Shown piece after piece: positions 23,216 through 31,167 of a stretch of DNA of 32,000 nt (positions are counted from its first letter, which is position 1; every line of letters begins with the position of its first letter). Made by a program: the position numbers and the translations under genes. Source of the DNA: an uncultured archaeon (lineage in GTDB: Archaea; Iainarchaeota; Iainarchaeia; Iainarchaeales; 0-14-0-20-30-16); assembly GCA_964480435.1 (NCBI GenBank), contig CAYZSS010000002.1:17654-49653 (forward strand), written 5' to 3'. A model generated the notes under the pieces. That model searched no databases. It was not told the origin of the DNA and saw only the letters and a list, made by a program, of their open reading frames with translations.

Positions 23216-24649
23216 TTAGTTTCCGTTATTTGATACAGAAGGCCTTAATAATAGACGATATGGGCTTGCATTCCCTACTTTTAGAGCCACATCTGTTTCA
23301 GAAATAACATCTATCTGGATAGATTTATATTTTATAAGAGCATCATTTAAATCTGAAATACTGTTTGCAGATAACACAAAATACCCATTAAAAGAAAGCA
23401 AATAATTACAGATATCATTTTGTATTAAGTTTAAAGATTTTGGGCAGAAAAACCCAGCACTAGGAATAACAAAAGCAATATTTTCTTTTGTGCCAAAACT
23501 TTTTATTATATTTTGAGATATCAAATATTTTTCAATATTATTTCCAGTAATAGTAAGAAGAGTTATTTTTCCAATTTTATTTGAAATAACTTTATCAACA
23601 CCATCCAAAGATATTTTTCCTTTGAATAAATTAGGATATGTTAATTTCAAAGTATGGGCCATTCTTTTTGCAAGATAAAGATCATATTCTTTTATTTGTT
23701 CATCAGGCCCAACTTTAGAAATATAACCTATTAATTCATCTATGCTTGCAGGGTTATTATCTTTTGCCCTTTTAAAAATTTCTTTATATTCTTTAAATAA
23801 TCCAAATAATTCTGCAAAACTCTCCAAAGAAACAGAAGACAAATCGACCCACAAATTTGAATTACTTGTACCATCATAATACAAACTTTCAATTGGAAAT
23901 CCAGTTGGCTCAGAATTAGAATTAAATTGTTTAACTAGCTCCGCGTCTGGGTTTGCTTGTTTTAAACCTAAATAAGATTTTTCAAAGTCGAATACTACTA
24001 CTGGTATAGCACCCAAAGAAAATTCTTCAGTAATGTCAAAAATAAGCCCTTTTTGATTTTCTTTTTTTCCAAATATAATTGTTTTTCTAAATGCATCGAT
24101 TTCTTCTGATGCTAATTCTTCTGATGCCTTATGCTTACCCAAAGTTAACATGTGCCCAAAATTTAATTTAACATCTGAAATCTTTTGCAGCCCAGTGGGT
24201 TTCTGCATAGCCTTAAACACATTTAAAGGATTTATAAAAAATGCTGCTTGGGCATCCTTACCTGATTCATGCAAATCCTTTAGATCAATATCATATGTTT
24301 CCGCAATATCAAATACTACTTTTTTTGTTTTTGCTAAAACTTGTATCTGTTTTGTTATTTCCCGATCCATTTCCACCTTATTATTAGGTATTGCCACAGA
24401 TGGGACAGTTAAGCAAAAAAACTTGTCTGTTCGATTTGAGCCATGGATTAAATAAAGTAAATTGTCTTTAGGCAATGTTTCTGCAAAAGACTCTAAATCC
24501 CCTTTAGCATAACCAACATAAATAACATTGATTACCAGATTAGCACTATCATTACTATACAGTTCAGTAAGTATAAAACTATCAAGCATAGACACTTTTA
24601 AGGCATGGCCATCATATTTCCCTTCAAATAAAATAGCCCAATCTGCCAT
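23216..24649 (-). CDS. Hypothetical cytoplasmic protein, 477 aa
   Basis: I place the start at ATG 24649 (MADWAILFEGKYDG...). The track's 57-codon extension is low-complexity and would overlap the divergent gene at 24729. I found no clear catalytic motif. Confidence 0.55.
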   Translation of the reverse strand: MADWAILFEGKYDGHALKVSMLDSFILTELYSNDSANLVINVIYVGYAKGDLESFAETLPKDNLLYLIHGSNRTDKFFCLTVPSVAIPNNKVEMDREITKQIQVLAKTKKVVFDIAETYDIDLKDLHESGKDAQAAFFINPLNVFKAMQKPTGLQKISDVKLNFGHMLTLGKHKASEELASEEIDAFRKTIIFGKKENQKGLIFDITEEFSLGAIPVVVFDFEKSYLGLKQANPDAELVKQFNSNSEPTGFPIESLYYDGTSNSNLWVDLSSVSLESFAELFGLFKEYKEIFKRAKDNNPASIDELIGYISKVGPDEQIKEYDLYLAKRMAHTLKLTYPNLFKGKISLDGVDKVISNKIGKITLLTITGNNIEKYLISQNIIKSFGTKENIAFVIPSAGFFCPKSLNLIQNDICNYLLSFNGYFVLSANSISDLNDALIKYKSIQIDVISETDVALKVGNASPYRLLLRPSVSNNGN

Positions 24650-24728
24650 AGTTATCACACTTAGTGTATATAAATATAAACTTAGCAAATATATACTTTG
24701 CGGATATATAATGTTATAGTGATAATTT

Positions 24729-25196
24729 ATGGTTGTTAGAAGATTACGGGGAGTAGGGGATATAAAAAGAGGAAATACCCAAAAAGCACAAATATATATT
24801 TCACAAGATTTTAGGTCCAAACCCGAGAAAAAAACAACACTAAGAGACAGAATAAGACAAATTCAGGATAATATCCAAAAAAGAAGGCTTGAAAGAATGC
24901 ACCCAGCGGTTAGACAAGCATATGTTAGCTATCTGGCTGCAGAAAAAAGTCTAAAACGATTTCAAAAAGGAGTAAAAACACTAAAAGAGCAAAATAAAGC
25001 AGAACTAGAAGAATGGAAAAAGAAGTTAAAAAATGCAGACGATGAAGAGAAAGCTGAAATTCTTACACAAGCTAAAGAAGATAGACAAAAAAGAACAGAT
25101 TATTTAGATAGTTGGAAACATGCTCTAGAAAATGCAGAAAGCGACTACAAAATAGCAAGACAAGAATTAATTGAAGCAAGAAAGGAACACGGGTAG
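24729..25196 (+). CDS. Highly charged coiled-coil protein, function unknown
   Basis: 155 aa, K/E/R-rich heptad-like sequence (KGVKTLKEQNKAELEEWKKKLKNADDEEKAEILTQAKEDRQKR). Confidence 0.5.
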   Translation: MVVRRLRGVGDIKRGNTQKAQIYISQDFRSKPEKKTTLRDRIRQIQDNIQKRRLERMHPAVRQAYVSYLAAEKSLKRFQKGVKTLKEQNKAELEEWKKKLKNADDEEKAEILTQAKEDRQKRTDYLDSWKHALENAESDYKIARQELIEARKEHG

Positions 25197-25198
25197 CT

Positions 25199-25240
25199 GT
25201 TTCTTTTTATTTTTTTAGGTTTTTTCCTGTTTTTTATTTC
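25199..25240 (+). terminator. Oligo-T terminator cluster
   Basis: The sequence gtttctttttatttttttaggttttttcctgttttttattt lies directly after the stop at 25194-25196. Confidence 0.5.
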
Positions 25241-25398
25241 ACAAATTTTTGGAATAATACAAACACCCCATATTTCTTTTAAGAATTAAACTAAACATCT
25301 CTTTTTTAAACGTTTTCCTTAGAAATATATTTAGTAAGTTGCTGATTTCCAAAAAGAGAAATCCCAACAGACACATAAAACAAGTTTTATGAGAGTAT

Positions 25399-25471
25399 AG
25401 TCCGATAGTGTAGGGGTCTATCACTCGGGGCTTTGAACCCCGAGACCGGAGTTCGAATCTCCGTCGGACTA
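25399..25471 (+). tRNA. tRNA-Gln (anticodon TTG), A1-U72 first pair, no encoded CCA
   Basis: The sequence is AGTCCGATAGTGTAGGGGTCTATCACTCGGGGCTTTGAACCCCGAGACCGGAGTTCGAATCTCCGTCGGACTA. The anticodon arm is CGGGG-CTTTGAA-CCCCG. Confidence 0.9.
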
Positions 25472-25564
25472 TAATGGGATCTTTAGATCCCAATATCCCT
25501 TGGATATCCGCGCTGTTTTCCCGAGGCTTTTTCATAAAGCCTCTTCGGATGTCCGTCGGACTAT
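25460..25564 (+). repeat. 13-nt direct repeat TCCGTCGGACTAT (25460-25472 and 25552-25564) flanking a 79-nt structured GC-rich insert
   Basis: The first copy is the tRNA-Gln T-stem/acceptor 3' end. The insert contains the hairpins GGGATC-TTTA-GATCCC, ATATCC-CTT-GGATAT and GAGGCTTT-TTCAT-AAAGCCTC. Confidence 0.75.
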
Positions 25565-25613
25565 TCTTTTCTTTTTAGAAAAAAGAAAAGCCTAAGCTTG
25601 CCAAAAGAAAAAC
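25564..25613 (+). repeat. tRNA-trailer motif, copy C
   Basis: The sequence is ttcttttctttttagaaaaaagaaaagcctaagcttgccaaaagaaaaac. It starts directly after the second copy of the tRNA-Gln 3' end and is followed by the hairpin gtggg-acaag-cccac. Confidence 0.65.
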
Positions 25614-25658
25614 GTGGGACAAGCCCACTTATTGATTTAATTCTTATTTGTGATAACA

Positions 25659-26111
25659 ATGGACAGAATTTTAGCAAAACAAAGATATAAATACCACTAT
25701 CTAAAAAAACCAGATAAATGTGTATTCTGTACAGTAGAAAAAGAAAAAATAATCTACGAAACAAAACATTCTATAATAATTCCCAATCTATTCCCTTATA
25801 TTTATGGCCATTTACTAATAATTCCAAAAAAACACGTAATACAGCCTGAAGAACTTACAAAAGAAGAAAATCAGGACTTATTAGATTGTATCTTATTTGC
25901 AAAGAAAATCCTTACTGCTGAACTAAACCCCAGAGGATTTAATATAGGGATAAATCTAGGGGATGCAGGAGGAAGTATAGACCATTTGCATTGGCACATA
26001 GTACCCAGGTTTAAAGGCGACATTGGGTTCGTATCAACAATAGGAAACTTCCAAGTATTTTCAAAAGAACCCTTAGAAATGGCAAAAGATTTGAGAAAAA
26101 GAACAATATAG
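25659..26111 (+). CDS. HIT-family protein, Ap4A-phosphorylase/nucleotidyl-transferase-like branch
   Basis: The histidine triad is IDHLHWHIVPRFKGDIGF. The N-terminal CVFC is present. I prefer the ATG at 25659 to the GTG at 25650. Confidence 0.8.
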   Translation: MDRILAKQRYKYHYLKKPDKCVFCTVEKEKIIYETKHSIIIPNLFPYIYGHLLIIPKKHVIQPEELTKEENQDLLDCILFAKKILTAELNPRGFNIGINLGDAGGSIDHLHWHIVPRFKGDIGFVSTIGNFQVFSKEPLEMAKDLRKRTI

Positions 26112-26183
26112 CTTGTAATTTTTAAACAATACTTAAATAAATACCTGCTTTTATATAATATATAAATAAATTCAGGTATACTT

Positions 26184-29042
26184 ATGGCTAACAAAAAAGG
26201 TACACAAAAAACAGAAATTACAACAAAAACACTAATAATTGCAGTAAGCATAATAGCTGTTATTATTGTTTTATTGGTAGCTGGGTATTTCTTGTTTTTC
26301 CATGAAAATGCTGCAAAGACACAACAAACAGTTATTTTTAATAATGGGATATTTACAAAAAAGATACTGCCAGGAAACCCAACCACAGAGTTTATGACTT
26401 TAGATAATGCACAAGATTATTTTTTAATTGCTTTTTCTCCAACTGATTCTAAATTAAAAACAGATAATGATGTGCTAACCCTAGAAGAAAACATATATCT
26501 AATTGCAACCAACAATGTTTTTGACATAGAACTAACATATAATTCAAAAAGTTGCGGATTATATTTACCAATAAAAACATCAAACTATAATGATTTTACC
26601 GAAGAAGAAAGAATGGAATTAATCAATAAAATAAAAGAAGAATATTACCCTGAACTAGATTGCGACTTAGTTAATGTATTTGAAAAAAGTATTATTGAAG
26701 AGCTAAATAACGAAACCCTGATGGGTAATTTAGAAGCACAAAAAAATACAACAATTTATCTGAAAGACAAAGAAGAATCAGCTTTAAAAACAGTTTATTT
26801 TAATGCAATAGATGCAGGAAAAGCCATGCTTGAAGAAGCAAAGATAAAAAAACAGTACAGCGATGTTGATTTAAAAGTTACCATGACAGCAAATAAAACT
26901 AACATAAATCCATTTGAAGATGAGTTTATAATAACTATTGTTGCAAACAAACCACTTTTTAAAAATGATTATATTTTAAAAGCTAGAGACATGTATAACA
27001 ACAAAGAGTATTACCTAGATACTGAGCCAACATCAAACCAAAATGCACCTTTCGTTGCACAAATTTATTGGGACGGTTGTATTAATAACAAAGATTATGG
27101 ATTAATGTATAAAAATGCAACATTTGATTTAAGATTAATTAGCCCTACTACAGACAGAGTATTTGATATTCAACTAGTTACAACCAATATAGGAGAATTA
27201 TATTTACCCGCATATAGTTACAATGAATTAGAAAAAGCTATACCCCCAGATAAATACTCTGAAATAGACGTATTTAATCACGAATCAAAAAAAACACCCA
27301 TAATTTTTAATTATTTTGAGGCAAACCCTGGGCCCTCAAAAAGTAGTAATCCAAATATAACCGTAACATTCAATAAAACATACCAACTACATTCAAAAAG
27401 TGTTTTTGCATACAAACTCACTCCTTCTGAAACAGAGGTAGTTAAGTTATTAGAAAAGTTACCCTTTTTGGAAAATATAGATAATTTATTTTTAAGAGAG
27501 CAAGGCGTTTTTGAAAAAGATTTTACAGAAACCCAAAAAGCAGCATTAAATAGCCTAGTTGAAAAAAACATAATTTATTTATGGCAACCATATATTGCCA
27601 CAATAACTCCAAATCTTACTGAAACAGCAAATACAGAATTAGTAACAGAGTCCAAATTAAACTGGAATTTTTTTGAAAAAAAAGAACTACTAATACGTAC
27701 TTTCCTTTTTAGTGACAAGCTATCGCTACAAGACGCAATTACAGTAATAAAAAATTCAAACTCAACTGAACAAAAGTTTGAACCAATAATAAAGATTGCA
27801 AATAAAATACGTATAAGACAAAACAAACTTAATTCTTTAAATATGGCCTATGACCTTTATGAAAGTGATTATATTCTTGCATTAAAAAATAAAAAAATTA
27901 GTTGTATTTCAGGGGCCCTACTTATTGCAAAAACAACAGATTATTTGCTTAGAGAAGCTGGAGAAAAAAATTACAAGATTTCTTTTGTAGAAGTTGAGGG
28001 GTCAGGAGAATATTGGGAAGGAGCATACAAAGGAGCACACATCATCACAAAAGTAACCATAGATGATGTAACAAAATTCTTTGATGCAACAAACAGCACA
28101 AATCAAGATGATTTTATTATTATGTACGCAGGCAAAAAATACAAATTACAAGCGAATGATTCACAAAAAACAACCTACAGAATAAGTACTGAATTCAGTA
28201 TAGAAGACACAGAACTTTTTTCAAAAATGCAAGCAAAAATTGTAAAGGGAACCGAGCTAACAACACAGGAGATTATGTCTATTCCAATTGATTTTTTGCC
28301 TACTGCCTTAAGCATTTATAACGAACTGCAAAAAAATCAAGTTATATTTTCTATATTAAGCAAAAGAAACCTTACTACCACCAGCCAAATTAAACAAATA
28401 CAAAACAAATACACTGCATTAAAAATAAACTCAAGTATCCTAAACTATTACTCCAATACCAACACAGAAATACCGTCTGAATTTGCCACCAATCAACACA
28501 ATGCTTTTTTAGATTTATATAAACAAGATGCCAACTTATATGACAACATTAATCTTTTAAGAATTTTAAGCCCAAACATTTTAGCATATAATGAACTTTT
28601 AAAAAATAAAAACACATACTCAGACATATTATGGGACAGAATTTTAACTACTTTTTCGATATTCCCTTTAGATCCAGAAAAAATGACAAAAACACAAATA
28701 GAAGATGCTAAAAAAATTATTTTCTTATATCCTGCTTATCATGAAAGCCTTTACACTATTTCAGAGCCTGATGCACCAGAACAAAAAGAGATAACCTCTT
28801 ATCAGCTCATATTAATGGGATTTGCCACATTAAGATACCAATATTATTACCTTACTAATAATCACACAGATTATGCTAATTCATTAGATAACTTTGTTAT
28901 AAAAGTAGTAAGTTACATAAATTCAAAAAAATCCGGGTTCAAACAGAGATTTGAAAACCCAGTAGTTAGTTCTAATGATCCTCTTGACAAAAAAGGAGCA
29001 CAAATTTATATTTATGGCCAGGAAACTACAGATTTTACTTAA
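26184..29042 (+). CDS. Type II membrane-anchored surface protein, paralogue of 12167-14593, with a transglutaminase-like cysteine-peptidase core and a long helical tail
   Basis: The TM helix is LIIAVSIIAVIIVLLVAGYFLFF. Residues 11-184 are about 90% identical to the paralogue. A candidate C-H-D triad reads ISC574ISGALLIAKTTDYLLREAG ... GAH619IITKV ... FFD634ATN. Confidence 0.75.
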   Translation: MANKKGTQKTEITTKTLIIAVSIIAVIIVLLVAGYFLFFHENAAKTQQTVIFNNGIFTKKILPGNPTTEFMTLDNAQDYFLIAFSPTDSKLKTDNDVLTLEENIYLIATNNVFDIELTYNSKSCGLYLPIKTSNYNDFTEEERMELINKIKEEYYPELDCDLVNVFEKSIIEELNNETLMGNLEAQKNTTIYLKDKEESALKTVYFNAIDAGKAMLEEAKIKKQYSDVDLKVTMTANKTNINPFEDEFIITIVANKPLFKNDYILKARDMYNNKEYYLDTEPTSNQNAPFVAQIYWDGCINNKDYGLMYKNATFDLRLISPTTDRVFDIQLVTTNIGELYLPAYSYNELEKAIPPDKYSEIDVFNHESKKTPIIFNYFEANPGPSKSSNPNITVTFNKTYQLHSKSVFAYKLTPSETEVVKLLEKLPFLENIDNLFLREQGVFEKDFTETQKAALNSLVEKNIIYLWQPYIATITPNLTETANTELVTESKLNWNFFEKKELLIRTFLFSDKLSLQDAITVIKNSNSTEQKFEPIIKIANKIRIRQNKLNSLNMAYDLYESDYILALKNKKISCISGALLIAKTTDYLLREAGEKNYKISFVEVEGSGEYWEGAYKGAHIITKVTIDDVTKFFDATNSTNQDDFIIMYAGKKYKLQANDSQKTTYRISTEFSIEDTELFSKMQAKIVKGTELTTQEIMSIPIDFLPTALSIYNELQKNQVIFSILSKRNLTTTSQIKQIQNKYTALKINSSILNYYSNTNTEIPSEFATNQHNAFLDLYKQDANLYDNINLLRILSPNILAYNELLKNKNTYSDILWDRILTTFSIFPLDPEKMTKTQIEDAKKIIFLYPAYHESLYTISEPDAPEQKEITSYQLILMGFATLRYQYYYLTNNHTDYANSLDNFVIKVVSYINSKKSGFKQRFENPVVSSNDPLDKKGAQIYIYGQETTDFT
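26203..26715. repeat. 513-bp dispersed repeat, copy 2 (partner at 12261-12773)
   Basis: See copy 1. It encodes the shared anchor and stalk. Confidence 0.85.
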
Positions 29043-29572
29043 TTTAATTTCATTATTAATTCTCTTTGATTTTCTAGAATTTTTTTCATTAAATCAATAT
29101 TAACATTTGTTTTTGCAACCAAACTAGCCAAATCCAATTTTATCTGAGCAATATCCTTATGAAATGAGTCCATTTTATCAAACGAAACAGAATCTAATTT
29201 TTCATAAGTTCTATTGATGTTATTATTTAAATTTTGCATACCTTCTTTATTTTCTTCTATTTGTTTTGTTGCATTATCCACAACATTCATTGCAAGATTA
29301 CTAGCCAATTCAGCCTGTTCAGCATAATCTTTTGCATTAGTTGTTGGTTTTTCTGCTACAGGAGTACTTTCTTCAACAACAAGATCTTCCTTTGGCACTT
29401 CTTTCTTAGCTTCTTCAGCAACTTCTGTATTTGAAGCAGAGCCATTAGAATCTATTGCGGATTTTACTTCTTTTTCATTATATCCCAAAGAAATAAGCAT
29501 TTGTGTTACTTCTTCCTTAGAAATACCAGAGTCAAGCATTTTTTTTGCATTTTCCATTAGAACAGAATCCAT
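29039..29572 (-). CDS. Hypothetical protein with an N-terminal UBA-like helical module, an acidic linker and a C-terminal coiled coil
   Basis: I place the start at ATG 29572 (MDSVLMENAKKMLDSGISKEEVTQMLISLGYNEKEVKSAIDS), preceded by GGTGGT. The function is unknown. Confidence 0.5.
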   Translation of the reverse strand: MDSVLMENAKKMLDSGISKEEVTQMLISLGYNEKEVKSAIDSNGSASNTEVAEEAKKEVPKEDLVVEESTPVAEKPTTNAKDYAEQAELASNLAMNVVDNATKQIEENKEGMQNLNNNINRTYEKLDSVSFDKMDSFHKDIAQIKLDLASLVAKTNVNIDLMKKILENQRELIMKLN

Positions 29573-29638
29573 AATACCACCAATCTTTGTGAATAGCAAC
29601 AAAGCTGTATTTAAATATAATTGATTTTAAGTTTATAT

Positions 29639-31162
29639 ATGTTTACCCCAATAAAAGAAAAAAAAGAATATAAAATAGCATTAATACAGCCAATAGTAAA
29701 AATAGGAAAAACCCTAAGAATACAAAAATCACCTGCTGGAATTCAATATATTGGGGCACAATTAAAAAAAGCAGGATATAAAGTAAAACTATTTCATGAA
29801 ATAATTAACAGAGCAGTAATAAAAACAGTTTTAGAATTTAATCCAGACCAGATAGGAATATCAACAATGACTGCTAATTTTTTGGCAGGAAAAGAGCTTG
29901 CATCACAAATAAAAAAACAAAACAAAAAAGTGATTATTACCTTAGGTGGCTGGCATGCAACTGGAAGTGCAAATTCATATCTAAATAATTATGAAGACAT
30001 TACAATAAAAGAAATTTTATACAAAAAGTCGCCTTTTGACTTCATTGTTGTTGGAGAAGGGGAATTAGTTTATTCTGAGTTAATAGAAAAATTAAGAAAT
30101 AATAAGCCTATTTCAGACATAGTAGGACTTGGTTACATAGAACAAAACAAAATAATATTAAGCAGGGCAAACCGTATTCTTGACCTTGATTCTTTAGAAG
30201 ATCCTATTTGGGATGGTTTAGATATAAACAAATACAGAGACCTAAGAAGCGGAGAATTAGATTTATCTTTACACATTCAAAGAGGTTGCAGATTTAACTG
30301 TGCTTATTGTTCAACCCCAAATATGTATCAAGGAAAACAGACAAGATTGTCAGCAAAAAGGGCTGCAAAACAAATAAAGTATTTGGTTGATAACTTTTCT
30401 CCAAATGTAATCACTTTTACAGATGAAGATTTTTTTGGAAATCTACCATGGATAGATGGTTTGTGTAATGAAATTATTAAACTTAAGCTTAATAAAAAAA
30501 TAAAGTTTGATACTTTTGGATCAATAAATGACATCATTAGGGCCTCAGAAAGTGGTCTTCTAAAAAAAATGAAGACTGCAGGATTCAACAGTTATTTTGT
30601 AGGTATTGAGTCATTAAACAAAAAAACATTATCAAACTATAATAGGCCAATAAAGAAAGAAAGACCTATTAAAGAGTATCTAAAAACTATACAAAAAGCA
30701 ATTGATTTATCAAATGATGCTGGGCTAATATTTTTACCAGATTATATGGTGGGAGCATTTTGGGAATCAGAAAAGGAAGTTATTTCTGGATTTAATAAAT
30801 TAAAGAAATTAAAAAATATACCTTATGTTTACTTGCCGATACTTACCCCTATGCCCGGGACTAAGCTTTGGAATTTTGTTTTTGAAAAAGATTTAATTAT
30901 AACAAAAAATGAAAAGATAGATTGGAATAAATATAATGCCAGTTCGCAGACAGTTAAATTAGGTTATGATGTGGTTAATTTACGAAACAAATTAGAAATA
31001 GAGTTTTATACTTCAAAACAATATTTAACAGAAATGAACACAAAGATAAAAACAGAAAAAAATCAAAAAAGTTATTATTTAGGGCTATTTAATAAACTTT
31101 CAAAAGACCATTCAAAAAGCGCCAAAATAAAAAATACCTTACAAAAAATAAAAAATATGTGA
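29639..31162 (+). CDS. B12-binding-domain radical SAM enzyme
   Basis: The radical SAM motif is CRFNCAYCS (CxxxCxxC). The N-terminal cobalamin-binding-like Rossmann region reads IGISTMTANFLAGKELA...VIITLGGWHATG. I prefer the ATG at 29639 to the TTG at 29621. Confidence 0.8.
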   Translation: MFTPIKEKKEYKIALIQPIVKIGKTLRIQKSPAGIQYIGAQLKKAGYKVKLFHEIINRAVIKTVLEFNPDQIGISTMTANFLAGKELASQIKKQNKKVIITLGGWHATGSANSYLNNYEDITIKEILYKKSPFDFIVVGEGELVYSELIEKLRNNKPISDIVGLGYIEQNKIILSRANRILDLDSLEDPIWDGLDINKYRDLRSGELDLSLHIQRGCRFNCAYCSTPNMYQGKQTRLSAKRAAKQIKYLVDNFSPNVITFTDEDFFGNLPWIDGLCNEIIKLKLNKKIKFDTFGSINDIIRASESGLLKKMKTAGFNSYFVGIESLNKKTLSNYNRPIKKERPIKEYLKTIQKAIDLSNDAGLIFLPDYMVGAFWESEKEVISGFNKLKKLKNIPYVYLPILTPMPGTKLWNFVFEKDLIITKNEKIDWNKYNASSQTVKLGYDVVNLRNKLEIEFYTSKQYLTEMNTKIKTEKNQKSYYLGLFNKLSKDHSKSAKIKNTLQKIKNM

Positions 31163-31167
31163 TTCAG

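Noticed and set aside
23216-24649. The 477-aa protein considered as a degenerate HerA/DUF87-type ATPase
   Set aside because: Faint resemblances exist (IIFGKKENQKG, VVVFDFEKSY and a C-terminal RPSVS). However, there is no Walker A GxxxxGK[ST] motif and I cannot support the fold from sequence alone. I left it as hypothetical.
24650-24820. N-terminal extensions in the track (23216-24820, and also 19820-19906, 17779-17871 and 29573-29602)
   Set aside because: The extensions are low-complexity, overlap divergent genes or promoter/hairpin elements, and internal ATGs have better TATA or Shine-Dalgarno context. I used the internal starts.
25239-25764. Minus-strand ORFs at 25239-25535 and 25561-25764
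   Set aside because: They overlap tRNA-Gln, the structured insert, the trailer motif and the start of the HIT gene. They are artefacts.
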